A model generated the notes under the pieces. It did no database searches and was not told where the DNA came from. It saw only the letters and a program-made list of their open reading frames with translations. Shown one piece after another: positions 59,300-64,000 of a DNA stretch of 64,000 bases. The stretch is from Hahellaceae bacterium (GTDB lineage Bacteria > Pseudomonadota > Gammaproteobacteria > Pseudomonadales > Oleiphilaceae): positions 783,166-847,165 of the forward strand of contig JACKOD010000001.1 in the NCBI GenBank assembly GCA_024234505.1. Direction: 5' to 3'. Both the position numbers and the translations under genes were made by a program. Numbering within the stretch: the stretch's first letter is position 1; every line of letters starts with the position of its first letter.

Positions 59300-60568
59300 G
59301 TGATCAAAAAAATCGCTTTTTCGGTAGGTCTTGGTGTTCTTGCAACCTCTATCTCTGCACTTTCTGAAACTTTCAATTTTAGCAATTATTCAGTTAAACC
59401 AACTTTTGCTGCAGGTGTGTTGTCTGATCAGGGAAAATATGCGGTTGCGTGGCATAGCAACCAGTCAGAAGGCTGGATTGTTGATAACGCAGGCAAAAGT
59501 TATCAACCTTTTCAGCCGAACACGGCAGTATCGAATTTGCAGCCAAGTCAAATACTATCGTTAAATGACGACCAGTTTCTTGTAATTTACAACAAGGTGG
59601 GTTTCGGTAGTTACGGCGGGTATGGCCAAGTCTATGACGGCAACGGCATTATGTTGGGTCAAACTGTGAAACTCACGGAGAAAATCTCCAGTAACGTTTA
59701 TTCAACGGAAGATGTCTGGAGCGCGGTTTTGGCTAATGGAAATATTGTCGTAGCGTGGGCAGAACATCTTTACGATGACGACGGCGAATTAGATGGTAGC
59801 AGTGTGTATGCCCAGATTTTCAGCCCACACCTTCAAAAAATCGGCAATGTCATTGAAGTCAGCACTCCTTTCTCTGGTAGACCCGGAACCTATCGAAGCG
59901 ATACCAGGGTCGCCGCGTTTGAAAATGGTGATTTTCTCGTTTCGTTTGAAGCAGACAAATTCTATGGACGTCGATTTAATGATTCCGGATTTCCTAAGAG
60001 AAGTGAGGAATTTGTTATCGGAGATTCCGCATCCGTTGATCATGAGCCAAGCGTGTTAGCGTTGTCAGATAGCCGCTACATTGTCGCCTGGACGACCGGG
60101 ACGCAAGGAACACACGAAACCCACATACAAGTCATGAATGGCAATGACAAACGTATCGGTTCACCTGTAACCTTGACCCATAGTGGGGACACAAGAGTGG
60201 AAATCGAAGGCTTAACCAAGCGCTCGACCAGAAATTTCTGGGTTTCTTATGGCGTCAATATTAATGGCCTTTACACGCTTGCATCCCAGGCGTTCAGGCT
60301 GGAAGAAGACAATTCGCTGACATCACTGCAGGGAGATGAAGGCATGATTTTGGGGGCAGCGTTTGACCACGCTGATGACGAATATAATTTTATTCCTCAG
60401 CGAGCAGGAATTTTATTGCGATATAGAGGCAACCGGTATGTGAACGTACGCCTGAGCGACAGTAAAAAACTGATTGGTGAACAGCTCATTGGTGCTCAGT
60501 GTGAAGGTGCAGAAGGCGACTGGACTCAGCTTTGTGCGCTGCCAGCACCTAAAAGCGAAAACAATTAA
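59300..60568 (+). CDS. Secreted repeat protein (recurring ...VAW... beta-strand motif; beta-propeller-like?)
   Basis: 422 aa. Signal peptide. Repeated YAVAWHS / IVVAWAEH / YIVAWTTG motifs. Confidence 0.45.
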   Translation: MIKKIAFSVGLGVLATSISALSETFNFSNYSVKPTFAAGVLSDQGKYAVAWHSNQSEGWIVDNAGKSYQPFQPNTAVSNLQPSQILSLNDDQFLVIYNKVGFGSYGGYGQVYDGNGIMLGQTVKLTEKISSNVYSTEDVWSAVLANGNIVVAWAEHLYDDDGELDGSSVYAQIFSPHLQKIGNVIEVSTPFSGRPGTYRSDTRVAAFENGDFLVSFEADKFYGRRFNDSGFPKRSEEFVIGDSASVDHEPSVLALSDSRYIVAWTTGTQGTHETHIQVMNGNDKRIGSPVTLTHSGDTRVEIEGLTKRSTRNFWVSYGVNINGLYTLASQAFRLEEDNSLTSLQGDEGMILGAAFDHADDEYNFIPQRAGILLRYRGNRYVNVRLSDSKKLIGEQLIGAQCEGAEGDWTQLCALPAPKSENN

Positions 60569-60818
60569 TATCTGCAGAATCTTCAAAGCTTATAATGCTC
60601 CACCAACGGTATGCAATTAACACAAGTGTTGATGGAGCATTAAAATGTAGTTGACGAAAGTAGTCGTCCAATACATCGAGTACCCAAAGCAACGTTTACA
60701 AATAGATAGTTAACCTATGGACTGAATCGCCCGGAGATAAGAGATTCGTCTGTCCCGTCGTGTAGGGGAATAGGCATTGAGAGGCCTCTCGCTATTTCGG
60801 TCAACAGAAGTCAAATAT

Positions 60819-61110
60819 TATGAATATTGCGGAAGTTTCAAGTCACAATTTAACTGTTTACTTAGTCGCCCTCGCACAACCAAAAAAAACAGCAAATTCA
60901 GCCTAATACAGTAGTTATCAGCTAAACTAACTACAACATTTTGCTTATTCTTCATCAAATGGTTGCAGTTTTTTATGATCCCAAAGGAAAGGAAGCCCGA
61001 AAAACAGCGAGAACTCTTCAAACATTATCTTGAAGACATGATCGATAGGCGTCATGAACTGGTGTTATTAACACACCGAATTGACTGGGATGCCACAGCT
61101 GACTTTTTCG
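60819..61110 (+). pseudogene. Decayed duplicate: 5' and 3' ends of the 54330 GNAT-like gene (internal deletion) followed by a truncated 5' fragment of the IS5-family transposase gene
   Basis: Sequence parallels 54330-54380 and 54725-54960 at high identity, then diverges. Confidence 0.65.
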
Positions 61111-61704
61111 GACGCTCAATATCATTGGCTTGGTTTCCTGCACCAGATTAGATGATTCTGACAAGAGACCCTTAGCGGGAGGTTTTTATTTTCAAAATCT
61201 CATGATTGACTCTGAATAAACTGAAGGGCTATCAGTCTTTAGACTGAAGGAATCAATCATAGATATTATCGTCAGCGAAACGGTGGCCAAAAAACTGGAA
61301 GACAACGAGATTCAGGGAATCTTGCTAACGCCAGCTAGCACAAGCTGATTCAAATATTCGACCACGACCACGATCTTGCCAAGGCGGACGCTCTAGGTGT
61401 CACTGACACAGAGCTATCGGCACTACTAACGCAAGTCTGCATTGCGATGGCATCTCGTTAATGAGGTTTACAAATGCCTAACATCTCTAAGACTGCGGCC
61501 TGTTAAAAACACATAAGTTGGCAGGATCCCAAAAGATAAGTAAGCGATCAGCAAGCCTCATCTAAAAAGCCGATATCGACACCGTTATAATTCCGCCAAC
61601 TTCGTTAGAGGAAATCTGACTCCGGGGCTCTGAGTCGGACTTCGTGCTGCTAGCTATTGTGGGGCCATAACGGAATCACCAAATGGGTGGTCGATAACCA
61701 TTTT

Positions 61705-62136
61705 TCAGCCGCCATGTGGTTGACGGCGAAGTACTGCAATGGAGAGCGCACTGGATTCTCCTCCGTCGGGTTGCGGTGCAGTCCATTTCATCAGGTGCAA
61801 AGCGGTGTCGCCAGCGATAACTACTTCGTGAGCGCCATAAGTGAAGTTGATACCCGCCTCGGTGTACGACGCAAACATGGTTCGCAGCGCAGAATTGCCC
61901 GTCACCAATTTACCAGGCTCACCAACGACGACTGCCTCTGGCGAATATGTAGACATCACAGTATTAACGTCGCCCTTGGCAAAGGCAGTGGTCATAACAT
62001 CAATGAGGGCGAGTACTTCGTTTTTGTCTGGCATATTCATTTTGTCTTGCATAACACTCTCCTGGGTTTGGGCTACAAAGGACATAAGCATAAAAGTCGC
62101 AACAAACATCAATTTCCATAGGGATTGCATATCCAC
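61705..62136 (-). CDS. SnoaL-like / NTF2-like (DUF4440-type) protein with signal peptide
   Basis: 143 aa. NTF2-fold-like pattern (recalled). Signal peptide MDMQSLWKLMFVATFMLMSFVAQT. Confidence 0.45.
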   Translation of the reverse strand: MDMQSLWKLMFVATFMLMSFVAQTQESVMQDKMNMPDKNEVLALIDVMTTAFAKGDVNTVMSTYSPEAVVVGEPGKLVTGNSALRTMFASYTEAGINFTYGAHEVVIAGDTALHLMKWTAPQPDGGESSALSIAVLRRQPHGG

Positions 62137-62312
62137 CTCCTTTATCGTTGAACGAACTAATGCTAGCCTGAGTTGGTGTCAGAAAGTGGCAGTAGTGTTT
62201 TGAGGTTATGAGATACATTGGACATTGATAAAATGCGATTATAAGCGCGATGTTAAACGGGTTTTCTATTAGCTCGTTTGCTCGGTCGAGATCGTAGTCG
62301 TTAAAAATAATG

Positions 62313-62626
62313 AGGAAAATGAATGGAATCTATAAATCTTAGCGATAAGGAAATTATTGATATAGTAAGGCCATTAGCTGAGCATACGGAAAATGCATGG
62401 AATGAAAAAAATTACAGGGAATTTTGTCGGTATTTTATTGATGATGATTTTTCAGAAGAAGAATTTAATCGCTAGATCGAAGAAAGCTATGACGTATATG
62501 GCAAACATACGATGGCTGATTTAGTGGCTATCCATAGAAACCCGGATAATGTAATTGTTCTGTGGAAGGTAGCCTTGGAAATGCGAAAGGAACAAGGTTT
62601 GCTAATTTATGGCTTTAGAGAGCGTG
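62313..62626 (+). pseudogene. Duplicate of the 53685 gene with in-frame nonsense (TAG at 62464) and 3' truncation by IS3-family insertion
   Basis: Identity begins about 62297 (GTTAAAAATAATGAGGAAAATGAATGG) and ends at ...GAGAGCGTG about 62626, where IS sequence begins. Confidence 0.7.
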
Positions 62627-64000
62627 CGGCGTTTTTCAAGCTAGTTGTCACCATCAGCCGATTTAAGCGGCCTGATTTTCTACCTGTCTAATCGGCTCTC
62701 TTTCCGGGTTCAGCGTTGTTGGTCCCACCGGTGTGCAGTTTCGTACATCACGCGTTCCCCATCGATCTGGATTGGCTGCCTTCGCGGCTTCAATCCGATC
62801 TTTGCGCTGCGTCAGTATGTTTTTATCCTGTCCTGTATGGCGCTGGTGTGGCGTCACGAACCGCAATCGACTGTGTTTATGCTCGTAGTTATACCAGCGC
62901 GTAAACTTCAGGACCCAGGCTCTTGCTTCATCAAGGCTTTTAAAGCCAGCTGATGGCCAATCCGGCCGGTATTTGCAGGTTCGGAACAATGACTCGGCAA
63001 ACGGATTATCGTTGCTCACCCTAGGCCTGCTGTACGAGGTGGTCACCCCAAGTTCATACGCTTTCATGCGCATGGTTTGAGATTTCATCGGGGCGCCGTT
63101 ATCCGAGTGCAGCACCACACCACTGTGCAAACATTTTTCCCGTATCAGTGTTTGTTCCAATAGCTTCGCCGCGTAGGCTCCAGATTCTTGTTCATTCACT
63201 TCGTGACCGACGATTTTTCGGCTGAATATATCTTCCAGCATGTACAGGTAGTAAAACTGCCCACGCACCGTGCTGGGTAAGTAGGTGATATCCCAGCAAA
63301 ACACCTGACCAGGCCCTGTCGCCTGAAAAGTCTTTGGCAGGGCTAACCCTTTCGGCGCCATGCTTCGTCCACGATGATGCAACTGACCTCGGGCTTTTAA
63401 TACCCGGTAAAACGTCGATTCAGAGCCGTAATATTCACCATTATCCAACAGTGTCGGCACAATTTGTGATGGCGGTAAACTCGCAAATTTTGGCAGGTTA
63501 CACACCGCAATGATTTGTGCCTGTTCCGCTTCGGTCAATTTATTTGTAGGCGCAGGACGAACCGTATCCGGTCGTTTATCTGCACTGATCTGACCATCAC
63601 GATACCAGCGCCGATAGGTACGTAACGTGATCCCCACTTCTTCGCACGACTTATGCAGTCTGGCTCCCGACTGATTCGCTTCCTGTATCCACGACACGTA
63701 TTGTGTGCGCTGTGGGACTGAGGTTAATCGTCCTCGCTGTCGTTCTCCCAAAGCGCATTTAACTTTTTTCGAAGCACCAGTAAGGCGGCTGTTTCAGCTA
63801 AGGCTTTTTCTTTTTCTCGCAGCTCGCGTTTTAACTGTTTGATTTCTCTATGATCGGCCTGACGCTGCCGTTTTGCTTCCAGCTCTTGTTCACGTGAACT
63901 CATAAAACCTCTGAGCGAGTCGGCTTTCCAGGCTTTCACTTGTTCCACGTAAAGGCCTTTTTCTCGACAGTATTCGCTGAGTTCGGCTTCATTCAAACTG
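62627..64000 (-). mobile_element. IS3-family insertion sequence (partial; runs off window). OrfB (DDE integrase) at 62663-63751, OrfA 3' part at 63724-63996. Putative -1 frameshift heptamer A_AAA_AAG at about 63763-63769.
   Basis: OrfB carries rve/DDE integrase-core motifs. OrfA shows HTH/leucine-zipper-like sequence (...LKRELREKEKALAETAALLVL). Overlapping frames with a slippery A6G site. Confidence 0.8.

Noticed and set aside
1-64000. tRNA/rRNA genes
   Set aside because: No cloverleaf-like conserved T-arm (GTTCGANTCC) contexts or rRNA-like stretches were recognised by eye. This cannot be excluded without a tRNAscan or Infernal run.

Overview
The window looks like gammaproteobacterial chromosome (about 50% GC, methylotroph-like gene content) and falls into four parts. 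Positions 1-20100 are an exosortase-A (XrtA)/PEP-CTERM-type exopolysaccharide biosynthesis locus; the window is cut inside the first gene, and no exosortase gene is present in the window. The locus contains four GT4-type glycosyltransferases, two O-antigen-ligase-like membrane proteins, a Wzx flippase, a FemAB-like protein, a polysaccharide deacetylase, an acyltransferase-3, two AsnB-family amidotransferases, an ACP, hydrolase 1 and hydrolase 2, and a heparinase II/III-like protein. Positions 20.2-29.9 kb hold housekeeping genes: a PilZ protein, SCO1, cspA, cobO, rhlE, an acyl-CoA ligase, hydrolases and msrPQ. Positions 29.9-51.8 kb hold several compact modules of unclear function. These are a tightly coupled SPFH/NAD-kinase-like/NADAR operon, a secreted protein with an exported caspase-PEGA-FGE-sulfatase fusion, and a membrane-protein cassette bounded by ~50-bp direct repeats with heptanucleotide microsatellites. 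They also include a MerR/P1B-ATPase/MFS metal-resistance unit, a MEKHLA/CSD-DUF1294/PEBP/AraC group, and a DUF2760 gene followed by two Hsp70-like genes. Positions 52-64 kb are an AT-rich acquired island. It contains small ORF cassettes flanked by a 28-bp direct repeat, an IS5-family element inserted into a group II intron RT remnant, an orphan PEP-CTERM protein, decayed duplicate genes and a partial IS3-family element at the window edge. No rRNA, tRNA or CRISPR array was found by eye. Coordinates are 1-based; several starts were refined from the ORF track and are approximate.
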